In this document: positions 18,420 to 29,696 of the stretch, in pieces
Position numbering within the stretch: position 1 is the stretch's first letter
Layout of the letters: each line of letters starts with the position of its first letter
From: an uncultured Acidobacteriota bacterium
GTDB lineage: Bacteria; Acidobacteriota; Terriglobia; Acidiferrales; UBA7541
Length of the DNA: 64,000 nt
NCBI GenBank assembly: GCA_963696035.1
Contig: CAVOIS010000006.1
Span: 180,486-244,485, forward strand
Direction: 5' to 3'
Position numbers and translations under genes: made by a program
Notes under the pieces: generated by a model
What the model saw: only the letters and a program-made list of their open reading frames with translations
Database searches by the model: none
What the model was told of the DNA's origin: nothing

Positions 18420-19435
18420 TATCAACAGGGATTTCGAGGAAAAGTGGCTACGCTGCTCGTATGGGCTAACGTGCTCAACCGTTCTGCTCCGGCATTCACA
18501 GACGCGCAACGACTTCTCAAAGGCGAGGAGTCGGTCATCGGTCGCATTATCAGGCGTATGAAGCATCGGCAAACCGGGTAAGTTCCTCCAAAAAACCACA
18601 AACCTAGTATGCCTCGATGTTGGCCGATCTGATTCCACAGGGATGTGACAATGCCGACTGAAAACAATTCTGGCTTCCCTTCGCGCCGCAGCACCCGGTC
18701 TGGCTTAGGTGCGCCAGACCGGCCGCTACAAGCCAGTGGCCTGGCACCACGGTGGTCTCCGCATTGATGAACGGCAAGAGCCGCTCAATCGCCCGAATCA
18801 TTCCATGCAAGGATCCGCAAGACGATTCGTCGATGACCGGATAACTTCCGTTCGTCATCAAATCGCCCATCACCAGGACGTTTGCTGAGGGCAACCACAC
18901 CACAACATCCCCATCCGTGTGGGCCGGCTCCTGCGGCATCAATTCGAGAGTCTGCGAACCGAGATCAATGCTAACCGCGGCATTGAACGTCAGAACGGGC
19001 CATGCCAAGCGCGGCGAGCTTCGCACGCTCCATTCGAGCGAGGGAACGAATTGATCTTGAGACATGCGCGCCCGGCAGTTCGCATGGCCCACCACCGTCG
19101 TTTGATCTTCCGCAAACGTGGAGTTTCCATCTGTGTGGTCGAAGTGCCAGTGCGTGTCAATCCAGCCAGCGAGGCGATTGGTGAAGCGCCCAGGCGATGG
19201 CGCTGCGTATTTCAGGAACGCGCGGGCCATAGCCCGTGTCGATCACCGCATATTCCAGGGAGCCGCCGACTGCGGTTACCGTTCCGCCGGCTCCAATGAA
19301 GGAAAAGACCGTTGGGCGAATCTCGACAACAGTCAGAGGAGTGCTTTGGTATGTGGCCCGAGAAAGTTCGACAAGACCGCCCAGCGGGAAACTGTGGCGG
19401 TCATTTATGCGAACAGCGGACTGTCCTCCCGTCAT
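18420..19435 (-). pseudogene. MBL-fold metallo-hydrolase, frameshifted
   Basis: The N-terminal piece (19157..19435, ..EYAVIDTGYGPRVPEIRSAIA) and the core (18604..19230, WIDTHWHFDHTDGN ... VVPGH) are in different frames. The expected C-terminal helices are scattered over two more frames (18405-18694). Confidence 0.65.
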
Positions 19436-19586
19436 ATTTCTCTCTCCTCGGCCGCACCTGACATTTCATGACCGCCACTATTGGATGAAGCGGCAGAAGC
19501 GAAGTTTGGACCTGGCCATCTCTTGAGTTTCTCCACATGCAAAATTGAATATAGAGACTTGGGCGTCGGCCGGCGCTAGCGTCACC

Positions 19587-20580
19587 TCATGCAACAGAAC
19601 GGCTGTCACGCGGCACCTCCATCTGATATTTTTGAAATGTCTCTTCGATGATATCGGCGGCCACATCCAATCCTCGAGTCTTTGAAATCACCTTCCGGAA
19701 ATAATCAGCCCGCTCGCGATAGCTCGGATCTTGCAAAACCTTCTCGATCAAGCCCCTCAGACGCTTCGTTGTTAGCTCGTCCAGTTCTATAAATTCGCCT
19801 ACGCCATGATGTGCAATCCTGGCGGCAGTACCTGGCTGGTCATAGCCTATTGGAATAGCAACCATGGGCACTCCATGCGCCAGGGATTCAAGAACACTAT
19901 TCAGTCCAGCATGCGTAATGCAAAGCGCTGCACGCTTCAGCAATTCAATTTGAGGAGCAGAGCGGACGACAATCGTATTGGAAGGAATACGACCACAATT
20001 CTGTGGACTAATATTCTTGCCGACAGAAAGTACGACTTGAACATCTTTCAGGGGTTCAACCGCTTTAAGAATGTGTTTGTACACGTCAACTTGGCCATTC
20101 ACCAGTGTCCCCAGTGAAGCGTAAATAAGAGGTTTGCCTGTCAATTGTTCCCAGGGAAAAGGCACCGGCGGCGCGAAGCAGTTTCCTTGTAAGCGGATGC
20201 TCTAGTTGGTTGCTGTCCTTGCGCAATCCTCATCCGGGCCTAGTTTTCTGGGAGATGAATCGCCAGGTAGCTCTGAGTGGATCGTCGGCTACGCGGAAGT
20301 TATCCAGAACGGGGTTGTGGGAAATAGCTCCTGCCTTGTCGCGCAGTGCTGACGATGACTTTCGGGAGGAGGGTTTCGCAGTTATCGGACTCAAGTACTG
20401 GTAAACGATTCTCCAGAAACTTGCTGATAAGTTCTCTCGAATCAGCAAGTCGGTTTGGACAAGTTTCTGGCACCAGTGACGCGTCGAAGACGCAGTCGGG
20501 GCTTATTCCAGTTAGCACGTCCATGCCGAACTGATTGCTGGTGGGAAGACGAATTATCAACGCCTTCCAGGACAAGAGCT
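19587..20580 (-). pseudogene. GT1-family (UDP-glycosyltransferase/MGT-type) glycosyltransferase, N-terminally degraded
   Basis: The C-terminal half is intact (19587..20165: PLIYASLGT ... ITHAGLNSVLESLAHGVPMVAIPIGYDQPGTAARI). Only out-of-frame fragments lie upstream. There is not enough room for a full N-domain before the neighbouring gene ends at 20587. Confidence 0.6.
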
Positions 20581-20586
20581 TAGTTA

Positions 20587-21744
20587 TCAGCGACCCGTGA
20601 TGTCGACGGCCAGAAGCGAAATGTCGTCTTTGTGTCCCTCGCCCGGAGGTTGTTCCAGCCAGTGGGCCAACTCGAGCAATAGGGCGTCCGCAAATGGTCC
20701 TGCTGTAAGCTTGTTATTCGTTTCCATGAACTGCATGAAGCGATCGGTTCCAAATTCCTCCTGCGCTGGATTGCAGGTTTCAAGGATTCCATCCGTGTAA
20801 AGGACGAACCGATCGCCAGCCTCGATTGCTACTTGCAGCGAATCGTACGTGGCTTCCTCGAACTGCCCCATGACCAATCCGTTTTCCAGGAGTTGGCTGG
20901 CGCTGCCAGTTGACTTGCGCCAAAGTAAAAGCGGCGGATGGCCTGCACCGGCATAATTCATAATGTTTTTTTCCAAATCCACATAAACATAAGCTGCGGT
21001 GACAAAATTATGCTGAAACTTGCCGCAAAGCGCTTGATTCAAACCGGCCAGAACTTTGCCTGGTTCAGACGCGTGGCGGGCTTGTGCGGTGAGGGCAACC
21101 TGCAGCATTGACGCGATGAGTGCGGCAGGCAAGCCGTGTCCCGACACGTCCGCTATCAGGATGCCCAGGTGACGTTCGTCCACGACGATGAAATCGTAAA
21201 AATCGCCGGCCACCGAGGTCATGGGAATGTAGCGTGCCACAATATCCATGCCGGTGATCTTGGGCGTGGTGCTCGGGAGAATGGATAGCTGAATCTGCCG
21301 CGCCATTTCCAGTTCCGTGTTTATTTCGACCAGTTGTCGCGCAATCTGGTCATGTGCTTCGCGGAGCATAAGATGAGTACGCACACGAGCCTTTACGACG
21401 GCGGCGGAGAATGGTTTATGAATGTAGTCAACAGCGCCAACCTCGAAACCTTTGGTTTCGTCCTCGGCCTCCGTCTGGCTGGTAAGAAAAACTACCGGAA
21501 TATCGCGCGTGTCGGGATTTGCTTTCAAGCGGCGACAGACCTCGTAGCCGTCCATTTCCGGCATCATTATGTCCAACAAGATAAGATCCGGCTTTTCCTT
21601 TCCTGAGACGATGGCCAGAGCCTTTTGGCCACTGGTTGCCACTTTCGTCGCGAACGAGTCTTTCAGGGCGCCAGAAATGACTCCGATGTTGATAGGCGTG
21701 TCATCCACGATCAAAATCGACTTCTGAGCCGACGTCTGAGTCAT
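20587..21744 (-). CDS. response regulator with PP2C/SpoIIE-type phosphatase output
   Basis: REC domain (ILIVDDTP ... DLILLDIMMPEMDGYEVCRRLK ... PVVFLTSQ ... DYIHKPF) followed by a PP2C-like domain (GDFYDF ... ADVSGHG ... NYAGAGHPP ... LYTDGI). Confidence 0.9.
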   Translation of the reverse strand: MTQTSAQKSILIVDDTPINIGVISGALKDSFATKVATSGQKALAIVSGKEKPDLILLDIMMPEMDGYEVCRRLKANPDTRDIPVVFLTSQTEAEDETKGFEVGAVDYIHKPFSAAVVKARVRTHLMLREAHDQIARQLVEINTELEMARQIQLSILPSTTPKITGMDIVARYIPMTSVAGDFYDFIVVDERHLGILIADVSGHGLPAALIASMLQVALTAQARHASEPGKVLAGLNQALCGKFQHNFVTAAYVYVDLEKNIMNYAGAGHPPLLLWRKSTGSASQLLENGLVMGQFEEATYDSLQVAIEAGDRFVLYTDGILETCNPAQEEFGTDRFMQFMETNNKLTAGPFADALLLELAHWLEQPPGEGHKDDISLLAVDITGR

Positions 21745-21748
21745 GATG

Positions 21749-24700
21749 TCACTCCAGCTGAAGACCTAAACGACCGGCGATCTCCGAAACACACTTGAGC
21801 GCGCCATTAAAATCATAATTCCCCACGAAAGCTTGGAGGGTGGTGATCTCAGATCCTGTGAGCACCTTTGCTAAGCCTGGCTGTGCGTCCACAATGAAAT
21901 CGGCTGCCTCACCGTCGTCGTTCGATAAGAGTTTCGTCAACCGTCGCAAGGGCGCCGCGACGGAGGCGGGGTCGGCGGTCGCGGCACCGGCCGTGTCGGT
22001 GACTTGTTCAGTTGGCAAGGCCGACCGGATTGCCTGCACAACCGTGCGAAGTTTAGCGGCCAGCGCGTCTAGCACCGGCTGCACGCTCTGTCCCGCTTTA
22101 ATCACCGTTTCCACTTCGGCTGCTGCATTGGCTGCCGCCGTCGCGCCGAGGTTCGCCGCCGCGCCTTTCAACGAATGAGCTGCGCGTGCTGCTGTGGCTG
22201 TATCGCCTGAAGCGTGCGCCTCGCGAATTTCTTCAACGTTTGCCGACTCCGCGAACTTGCGTAACAACATCTGGTAGCGCTTGAGATTTCCCCCTGTCCG
22301 CCGCAGGGCCGATTGGGTGTCGACACCGGCAATCTGAAATGGGGTGGTTTCGGGAGAGCCGGCCGGTTCCGGCAAGCGACCCGCAACTGCGATGGTGTCT
22401 GGTGCGTCTGCGCCGAGGTTCCCACGCGGTTTTATCCAGCGCAACAAAGCAGCGAAAAGGGCCTGCGGGTCTATAGGCTTGGTGAGATGGTCGTTCATTC
22501 CCGCCTCGGTGCATTTATCGCGATCGCTTTCCATCACGTTCGCGGTCATGGCGATGATTGGAAGCGACTGGAATTCCGGTTTCAAGCGGATCGCTCGTGT
22601 AGCGTCGACGCCGTCCATCACTGGCATTTGCATGTCCATCAGCACCAGATCGTAGTTGTGTTCAGCGACCATCTGTACAGCGATCTGTCCGTTTTCAGCC
22701 GTGTCAATCGCCAAACGCGCGTCGTCTAACAGGCCGATCGCGACCTCGCGATTGAGCTCGTTGTCTTCGACGAGCAAGACACGCGCGCCGCGTATTTGCC
22801 CGAGCTCAACGGCCGGAGCCGCCGCGACTTCGTAATTCTTGGAACTACTTGCACCGAGGACCTCGACGGCTGAATCGAACAGCATGGAGGCCGTAACCGG
22901 CTTGATTAGAACACTTGCAAACGAGTTCTCATCAGCCTGTTTCAAAACCTCTTCACGGCCGTAGGCGGTTACCATCACCAGATGCGGACGAACGTGCAGA
23001 TTTGGTAGAGCTCGAATTTGTTTGCCCGTTTCGAAGCCATCGAGACCTGGCATCTGCCAGTCCACAAAAACGATTTCGTATGGTTTGTTGGCTTCCGCGG
23101 CATGGCGCACCATTTCAATTCCTTCTAGTCCGGAGGGAGCTTCATCCGCCTCGAACGTCAAGCTGATCAGCATGCTGGAAAGTACCGCACGGGCTTGGGG
23201 ATTATCGTCAATAATCAGAACCCTGCGACCCCTAAGGTCGGGTGGGACGGTCTGCCGTCGAGTCGCCGCGCCATTGCCAAGCCGTGCGGTGAACCAAAAC
23301 GTGCTGCCTTTACCTTCCTCGCTATCTACGCCAACATCTCCTCCCATCAGCTGCGCAAGCCGCTTGGAGATCGCCAGTCCCAGTCCGGTCCCGCCGTGCT
23401 GGCGAGTAGTGGATGCATCGGCCTGCTCGAACGCCTGGAACAGCCTTCCCATTTGTTCTTTGGTGAGTCCGATGCCGGTGTCGCGCACCGAGAAGTAAAT
23501 CAACTGGCTGTCGTAAGCTTTCTCCTGAATCCGCGCATCAACGACGATTTCACCGTGTTCGGTAAACTTTACGGCGTTGTTGCAGAAGTTGATCAGGATT
23601 TGACCGAGGCGCAACGGGTCGCCCTTGAGCTGCGTGGGGACCGCAGGATCGATGTCAAAGATCAGTTCCAAGCCTTTGGCCGAAGCCTTCTCGGATATCA
23701 GATTGCTCACGTTTTCGAGCACTCTCTCCAGATCGAAGTCGATGTTTTCCACCGACAGTTTGCCCGCTTCGATTTTCGAGAAATCCAAAATGTCGTTGAT
23801 GATGCCGAGCAGGTGCTGGCCGGAAAGTTGAATTTTCCTTACGTAGTCGCGTTGCCTGGGATTCAGATCCGTCCGTAGGGTCAGATGCGACATGCCGATA
23901 ATCGCGTTCATCGGAGTGCGGATTTCGTGGCTCATGTTGGCCAGAAAATCGGACTTGATCTTGGTGGCTTCCTCTGCCACCTCTTTGGCTCGCCGCAATT
24001 CTTCTCCAGACGCCTCGAGCGCCCGGTTGATGCTCTCCAGTTCTTGTTTGCGAGCGCCAAGCTGACGTTCCGACACTGCCAAAGATTCAGCCTGGGCCTT
24101 CGTGCGGTCGAGAAGCTCTCGAGTGGCGATGTTGCCGGACAATATTTCAGCGCTGAGAGCGATGGAGGGCAACAACGAGTCGAGCAAGACACGTTGGCGC
24201 TCCGACAGTGATGAATTCGTCGCCAATTCGATGACGGCGGTCACTTCGTCCTTATTCAGCACCGGAACGAAGTGGACTTTCCCGACCGTCAAGGTTCCCA
24301 TGCCTGCGGAGATTCGAACCTGATCCCCGGCCGTAGCTTCAAGCATGCGCCGCTCGACGGCGGCTTGCCCGGCAAGTCCCTCGCCAAGGGCAAATTCGCT
24401 GGGGCTACCGGCATCGGTATTTGCAAACGAATACGCGCGAGAGAAACGCGTGCGACTTTCGTCGGCGACGTAGAACGCTCCGTAAATCAGTGGAATGGAT
24501 TGGGACAACCGTGACAACAAAGCTTTCCCAAATCCAGGACAGTCTTGAACCGATTGCAACGCCGCCAGCGTCGCTCCCACTTCTGCCTTCACCCATGCTT
24601 GCGTTTCGCGCTCGCGGGCGCCCAGTTGCAGGGTCCGCAGCGCGCGTCCGATCTCACCGATTTCATTCTTGCGATCGAGGTAGGGGATGTTCTGATCCAG

Positions 24701-25396
24701 CCGCCCGTCGGCCAAATCCTGGATGCTGCCCTGCAGAGACAGCAGTTCGTTCACCACTTCTGTTTGCACGATGTAGAAGGCGGCGGCCCACGATGCCAGC
24801 AACCCCAAGCCAATCACGAGCCAGGTAATCAAAATCGCGTGATGCGTATTGCGGGTCAAATTGTAGGAGCGCTGATCAATATATGTTTGCAAATCCGACA
24901 TGATCTCGATCGTGGCCTCGCGCGCCCGCTGCAGCTCCTGGTTTACGCCTCCACGCAACAGATCTAACGCTTTCACATTGTTGCCGGCCAGGGCTGCCGC
25001 GCGGACGGGACGAGCGTCCGCTTCCGCCTGTTCGAACAGAGCGGATGCTCTATTGATCTTGTCCGCGCGCTCGGGACTCTCTTGGAGTGCTGTTGTCATC
25101 GCCGTGTGGTAGTCGGCGCCAACCTTTTCCAATTGTCCGTCGAGCACTTGTCTGCGATTGGGATCGGTCTCGTCAGCCAGTTCAAACAGAAACAGACCGA
25201 ATCGATTGGTATGCGCTCGCGCCTCCCCGACGCTTCTGAGCGCTTTGACCTGAGTGTCGATCAACACGCTATACCAGTTGTCGATTATGTTGCTTTCAAA
25301 CGATGAATAGCCCCCCGCCACCACTACCATCAGGACGAGCGGAACCATAGCAATCAGCAGTTTCCGCCGCAGCCTCAAATTCGTAAAAAAGCCCAT
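21749..25396 (-). CDS. hybrid sensor histidine kinase (4HB/HAMP-GAF-HisKA-HATPase-REC-REC-Hpt)
   Basis: N-terminal TM plus helical sensor, HAMP ([10 protein letters not shown]), GAF, H-box [14 protein letters not shown], HATPase ([17 protein letters not shown]), two receivers (VLIIDDNP.., [10 protein letters not shown]..), C-terminal Hpt ([12 protein letters not shown]). Its stop lies 4 nt before the start of the downstream REC-PP2C gene. Confidence 0.9.
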   Translation of the reverse strand: MGFFTNLRLRRKLLIAMVPLVLMVVVAGGYSSFESNIIDNWYSVLIDTQVKALRSVGEARAHTNRFGLFLFELADETDPNRRQVLDGQLEKVGADYHTAMTTALQESPERADKINRASALFEQAEADARPVRAAALAGNNVKALDLLRGGVNQELQRAREATIEIMSDLQTYIDQRSYNLTRNTHHAILITWLVIGLGLLASWAAAFYIVQTEVVNELLSLQGSIQDLADGRLDQNIPYLDRKNEIGEIGRALRTLQLGARERETQAWVKAEVGATLAALQSVQDCPGFGKALLSRLSQSIPLIYGAFYVADESRTRFSRAYSFANTDAGSPSEFALGEGLAGQAAVERRMLEATAGDQVRISAGMGTLTVGKVHFVPVLNKDEVTAVIELATNSSLSERQRVLLDSLLPSIALSAEILSGNIATRELLDRTKAQAESLAVSERQLGARKQELESINRALEASGEELRRAKEVAEEATKIKSDFLANMSHEIRTPMNAIIGMSHLTLRTDLNPRQRDYVRKIQLSGQHLLGIINDILDFSKIEAGKLSVENIDFDLERVLENVSNLISEKASAKGLELIFDIDPAVPTQLKGDPLRLGQILINFCNNAVKFTEHGEIVVDARIQEKAYDSQLIYFSVRDTGIGLTKEQMGRLFQAFEQADASTTRQHGGTGLGLAISKRLAQLMGGDVGVDSEEGKGSTFWFTARLGNGAATRRQTVPPDLRGRRVLIIDDNPQARAVLSSMLISLTFEADEAPSGLEGIEMVRHAAEANKPYEIVFVDWQMPGLDGFETGKQIRALPNLHVRPHLVMVTAYGREEVLKQADENSFASVLIKPVTASMLFDSAVEVLGASSSKNYEVAAAPAVELGQIRGARVLLVEDNELNREVAIGLLDDARLAIDTAENGQIAVQMVAEHNYDLVLMDMQMPVMDGVDATRAIRLKPEFQSLPIIAMTANVMESDRDKCTEAGMNDHLTKPIDPQALFAALLRWIKPRGNLGADAPDTIAVAGRLPEPAGSPETTPFQIAGVDTQSALRRTGGNLKRYQMLLRKFAESANVEEIREAHASGDTATAARAAHSLKGAAANLGATAAANAAAEVETVIKAGQSVQPVLDALAAKLRTVVQAIRSALPTEQVTDTAGAATADPASVAAPLRRLTKLLSNDDGEAADFIVDAQPGLAKVLTGSEITTLQAFVGNYDFNGALKCVSEIAGRLGLQLE

Positions 25397-25692
25397 CGGA
25401 ATGCGCTCCGACGTTCGCTTAAGCTAAATGTGTGAACCGCTGCGCCCTGCAAAATCCTGCAATCGGGCGTCGAGCGACCCCGTCGAACGGGCTTGCCCCC
25501 GCCGTTTTAGCCCGGCCAAAGACACCATTGGCGAAGATTACGCGCGCAATGAGTTGCAGCATATCGTCATTACTACCAATGGCGCGGACGCGTCTCCGTC
25601 GCTCTGGTGAGTTGGTCATGTGGTAACTAGCGGCGTCCTCCTGAAGCAGATCGGTTCACGTGCCAGGCACTGCAAGATCAATTACCGTTGTT

Positions 25693-26124
25693 TCAAAGCA
25701 GAAGAATATTCCCTAGGAGACTGACTAGGAGAATGATCCCAAGCAAGAGAATCACGCCAGCCATCTGAAAATTAGGGTTAACGAACACACCCTCTGACTT
25801 TCCCATCCGCTTCAATGTCCTGGAATACTGGACGATCATAAAAAATAGCGGGATCGTTCCTGCCGCCAGCATTAAGAGCCCGATATTTCTCGGCGTGTGA
25901 GGCTGCATGAGCTTCACGGAAGCATGCTCCTGCAAGTACCTTAAAATAGTGAATATCGTGAAACCAAAGCCGATGAATGACATCGATGTGCGCACCCCGG
26001 CTAGCATCGTTCGGTCTGCTGCTAGAACTGTTCTTTCCACAGCAAGCTTGTCGGCCAGCTTCAGTTCTTGCCCAATTATGATCTCTTCTTCGCTTCCTAC
26101 CGCACTTTTTACTTTATCCGGCAT
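25693..26124 (-). CDS. DUF202 (YidH-like) membrane protein
   Basis: LAVERTVLAADRTMLAGVRTSMSFIGFGFTIF plus two more TM helices. Confidence 0.7.
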   Translation of the reverse strand: MPDKVKSAVGSEEEIIIGQELKLADKLAVERTVLAADRTMLAGVRTSMSFIGFGFTIFTILRYLQEHASVKLMQPHTPRNIGLLMLAAGTIPLFFMIVQYSRTLKRMGKSEGVFVNPNFQMAGVILLLGIILLVSLLGNILLL

Positions 26125-26191
26125 TTTGCTCCTTCGCCGTCTTCATCGTTTGCGACAGTCCCAGTCTCAACGGTCGTCGCCTCCGGCGGCT

Positions 26192-26893
26192 TCAATCGCA
26201 GGAACCATCATCTACAAACTGGCCACTCGCGGCCATTGCCCCCAGTGAGTGACCGCAAGCCACGAAGCGCTGGTTCAAATCGTCATTCTGGAGAGCGTCT
26301 GGGGAAATGTAATTCATGTTGGCGCGCGCGGCGGCGTATTTGTCGGTCAATTTCACCATGTTCTGAAATTCATTGCTCAATAACTGGTAGGCGCTGCGAT
26401 CCGAGTCAGTCGAAACCGCGGTTGAGCTCAAACGGAGATTGGTACTCGCTTGAGCGCGATACGGCGCAAGAGCACCGGTCGTGACCGGGTATCCGTTTTG
26501 AATGGCACTCGCAAGAGCTGTGTGCCATTCCCGAAGGGTCGCCGCTGTTTCTATGCCCGCATTCAAGAACCCTTTTGAAAATCCCGGATTCGATGCTGGA
26601 GCGGCGGAGGACGCTGGCTTTGCAGCCGTAGTTGGAAGTGCGCTGCTTGCGGAGCCGAGAGGCACACTGAACGCGATTTGGCTTCCAGCAGAGCTGAGCG
26701 AACCGTTTACCGCGCTCGCCAACGCTTCCAGGTCAACGTAGGAGCGGCCATTCAATTGGATCACGGGTACCTGTGTGGACTGGCCATTGATGATGAGAGT
26801 GCGGCTCTGGTTCACGTTCTGGGACAACCCGATCTCAGGCACAACAAGGAATAGTGTCGCTAGCAGGCACGCAAATGATTTTCTTTTTCTCAT
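26192..26893 (-). CDS. secreted hypothetical protein with copper-amine-oxidase-N-like stalk domain
   Basis: Signal peptide FACLLATLFLVVPEIGLSQ. LIINGQSTQVPVIQLNGRSYVDLEALASAVNGSL resembles the Cu_amine_oxidN1 fold. The C-terminal half is unassigned. Confidence 0.5.
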   Translation of the reverse strand: MRKRKSFACLLATLFLVVPEIGLSQNVNQSRTLIINGQSTQVPVIQLNGRSYVDLEALASAVNGSLSSAGSQIAFSVPLGSASSALPTTAAKPASSAAPASNPGFSKGFLNAGIETAATLREWHTALASAIQNGYPVTTGALAPYRAQASTNLRLSSTAVSTDSDRSAYQLLSNEFQNMVKLTDKYAAARANMNYISPDALQNDDLNQRFVACGHSLGAMAASGQFVDDGSCD

Positions 26894-27370
26894 AAGTCTG
26901 CTCCTGGAATTCGGCTGTTAGGCGAGCGATAAAACGGTAGTTCGACAGCGGCTGGAAGGTCGGGTCTAGAGCCTTCCAACCGCTGATGCGATGAGCGCGG
27001 GCATGGGGTCCCAGCCCATCTGACCCAGGAGCAGGTCCGGGGTCTTGCATTCAGGCGGCGCGCCAGCCTGTCAAAACCGAGCCCGTGGCATGAAGCCAAC
27101 GCGCGCACGCCGCGAGAGCAATTACTTTTGACCCGCTTGAGCTGACTCGACCACTTCCCTGGCGGGTTAAATCGTCAACGAACCATCGGCATTGATAGCA
27201 AGGGTTTAGCGTATCGGGGAATTGTCAGAATTAACAGGTCCAGTAATATAAGCGTTATTCGGCGCAGGCCTTCAATTCGCACACTAAGTCCTTCCATCCC
27301 ATCTGTCAGCGGACAATTGGATTTAACTAGTAAGGTAGAATGAGGCAGATCTGCGAAACCAGGAGGACCA

Positions 27371-28099
27371 ATGCTCGTCGCGCGCTTAAGTTCGGCTGTG
27401 ATTCTCGCGTTCTTTTGCGTTTGTTCGCAGGCACAGGAACAAGCACAGAAAATAACCGTCACAGGCACGCTCAACCGCGCAATGGCCATCGGAGGGGAAT
27501 CAACAGGCTGGGCTATTCAGTTGGATTCCGAGACTACGATCGAAGGCAAGCAGCTCAGTTCTATCGAGGTTGACTATCCCAAAACCCAAAAATTGGAAAA
27601 ACTGAACAGCAAGCGTGTCACGGCGTCAGGGGCCATCTCCCACCGGCAAGGAGTGGAGACAGGCGACCGAGCCGTGCTAATCGTTTCCTCAATAAAAGAG
27701 ACAAAGGCCACAATCCAGCCGGGAACCGGGAGTACCGATGCCTTCCACCTGGTCGGTAGCGAATGGCTACTGGAAGACCTTGGCGCCAGTGGAGTGATTG
27801 ATGGCGTTCAAGCGACGCTCGCTTTCCCCGAAGCCGGGAAGGTAGCGGGTAACGGCTCATGCAATCGTTTCTTTGGTTCAGCCGAGATCAGCGGACACGC
27901 CATCAAATTCGGTCCTCTGGCTTCGTCCCGAATGGCTTGCCCGGAAGCGGTAATGAATCAAGAAGGAAAATACATGGATGCACTGCAGAAAGCCGAGCGT
28001 TTTGAGTGGAAAGATCCTTATTTGCTGATTTATTGCAAAGATTTCGACAAGCCACTGCGCTTTACGCGGATGGAAACACCCAAACCCGCTGCGCACTGA
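27371..28099 (+). CDS. META (HslJ-like) domain protein with extra N-terminal domain
   Basis: Signal peptide. C-terminal META pattern LVGSEWLLEDL ... ATLAFPEAGKVAGNGSCNRFFGSAEISGHAIKFGPLASSRMACPEAVMNQEGKYMDAL. Confidence 0.8.
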   Translation: MLVARLSSAVILAFFCVCSQAQEQAQKITVTGTLNRAMAIGGESTGWAIQLDSETTIEGKQLSSIEVDYPKTQKLEKLNSKRVTASGAISHRQGVETGDRAVLIVSSIKETKATIQPGTGSTDAFHLVGSEWLLEDLGASGVIDGVQATLAFPEAGKVAGNGSCNRFFGSAEISGHAIKFGPLASSRMACPEAVMNQEGKYMDALQKAERFEWKDPYLLIYCKDFDKPLRFTRMETPKPAAH

Positions 28100-28507
28100 C
28101 TAATCCCGGCAAAATCCTTCGCCGATTTTGATGATGAGGCAATTCTTTTTGTCCAACAGCCATTTCATCCCGGTGTCGCGCCCATTACCGGCGCTGATCG
28201 TCTCGGACTTGCCGTCACGCTGAAACTGCATGTGATTTCCGGCAGGAATTCCCACATAGGTCGCAGGCCCGTCGAGCGATTGTATTTTCACGACATACCT
28301 ATCGCCATTTTTGGAAAGCAGGAGATAGGTTCCCTCCGGTCCATTCCATTGGCCGAGCCATTGGTCTGTCAGATTGTTTACCTGGGGGGCCTCAGTCGTT
28401 TGATTGTCCGGTGAGCTGTTAGGAGTAGAGAATTGATTGCGAGCCTGGCAGGCGGCCAGAACCAGGAGCGCCGCGAAGAGGCTTGTGGCGAAGTTAGTTT
28501 TCCTCAT
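28100..28507 (-). CDS. hypothetical lipoprotein
   Basis: Start taken at MRKTNFATSLFAALLVLAAC (lipobox LAAC). Its stop codon abuts the convergent META gene. Confidence 0.55.
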   Translation of the reverse strand: MRKTNFATSLFAALLVLAACQARNQFSTPNSSPDNQTTEAPQVNNLTDQWLGQWNGPEGTYLLLSKNGDRYVVKIQSLDGPATYVGIPAGNHMQFQRDGKSETISAGNGRDTGMKWLLDKKNCLIIKIGEGFCRD

Positions 28508-28901
28508 GGCGATCTTCAAGGAAAAAGTAGAACAAAAACTCAAACGATATAGTACCGCAAGTGTAGGACAACCTCTGAATTGGCAATGAGCGAGTTTGCT
28601 AAACGTTTGGGCCGTGGTACCGACCTACCGCTACCGCTGTCGTTGTGGACTGATAAACGCATTATAAAAGGGCGCCCTGTGAAGTAGGTTTTGATCGTTC
28701 GCACCAAGACCCACACCCGATGGAGCGCCCTCATGAATGACAGGATTCGGATCAGCCGGTTGCGTGCGACGCGCGTGGATCCGATGGTTGCGCTGCGATA
28801 CAAATAGGCTAGGACCCAGCGCTTGACTCTAGAACCGGTTGAGACTATACGTAGTGCGAAAGAGAAAAACGCGAACTTCCCATTCTAAGATGGATTAGTG
28901 C

Positions 28902-29618
28902 ATGAATAACCGCCTAGTCGCGCTGTTCCTCGCCATCCTCGGAGCGACGGTCTTTGTGCCGTCCGCACAAGCCCAGAGACACGTCGCGTCTGTTCCAGTT
29001 GGGCGACCGGGATTGGCTGTGGAAGGGCGCGGTGGTGTGAGAACCCGCTTCGTCCGCCAAAGCCACGGGCGCCGATTTTCCCCTGGTTGGGCGTTCGCGC
29101 CATACTTCTATTCTGACTACGATTCCGAGCCGGAAACAGTCGACTCGCCTCCCGCCCAGATCATCGAACAGACCGCTGAGCCAGCTTCTGCGGTGCCCAT
29201 GCCGAATAGAGCCGGAGCGCTGGTGCTCGAGTTGCAGGACGATCATTGGGTGCGGATCACAAATTCCGGTCAGTCGCAGACTGACGGACAATCCGGCCCA
29301 CCGGAGTCGGCGGGAATATCCAAGCTGCCATCAACTATAGTTCCCGCTGCCGTTCGCCGAACCCCGGCAGCAGAGTCCCCCAGAGGGCTGCCAAGGGCCG
29401 TGCTCGTATTTCGCGATGGCCGCAGAGAAGAAATCGGAAAATATATCATCATCGGCACAACGATATACACCGGCACGGATTCTTGGAGCAACAGTCCGTG
29501 GACGCGCAAAGTTCAGATTGTTGAGTTGGATGTTCCAGCGACTTTGGAACTGAATCAGGAGCGGGGCACGAAGTTTAGTCTGCCGTCCGGCCCGAATGAA
29601 GTGATGATTCGGCAGTGA
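28902..29618 (+). CDS. secreted hypothetical protein
   Basis: Signal peptide MNNRLVALFLAILGATVFVPSAQAQ. No recognisable domain. Its N-terminus is duplicated at 33666. Confidence 0.55.
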   Translation: MNNRLVALFLAILGATVFVPSAQAQRHVASVPVGRPGLAVEGRGGVRTRFVRQSHGRRFSPGWAFAPYFYSDYDSEPETVDSPPAQIIEQTAEPASAVPMPNRAGALVLELQDDHWVRITNSGQSQTDGQSGPPESAGISKLPSTIVPAAVRRTPAAESPRGLPRAVLVFRDGRREEIGKYIIIGTTIYTGTDSWSNSPWTRKVQIVELDVPATLELNQERGTKFSLPSGPNEVMIRQ

Positions 29619-29696
29619 ATTTCACCCGCCTCGTTCCTCGCACTTCGTCTTCACCGGTGCTGTCGAGTACCGCTGACAAGTTCTGGACCAAAAGGA

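Noticed and set aside
10000-20600. Integrative element or prophage explanation for the accessory tract.
   Set aside because: No integrase, excisionase, phage structural or conjugation genes are present, and no flanking att-like direct repeats were found. The only mobile gene is the dead IS1634 transposase.
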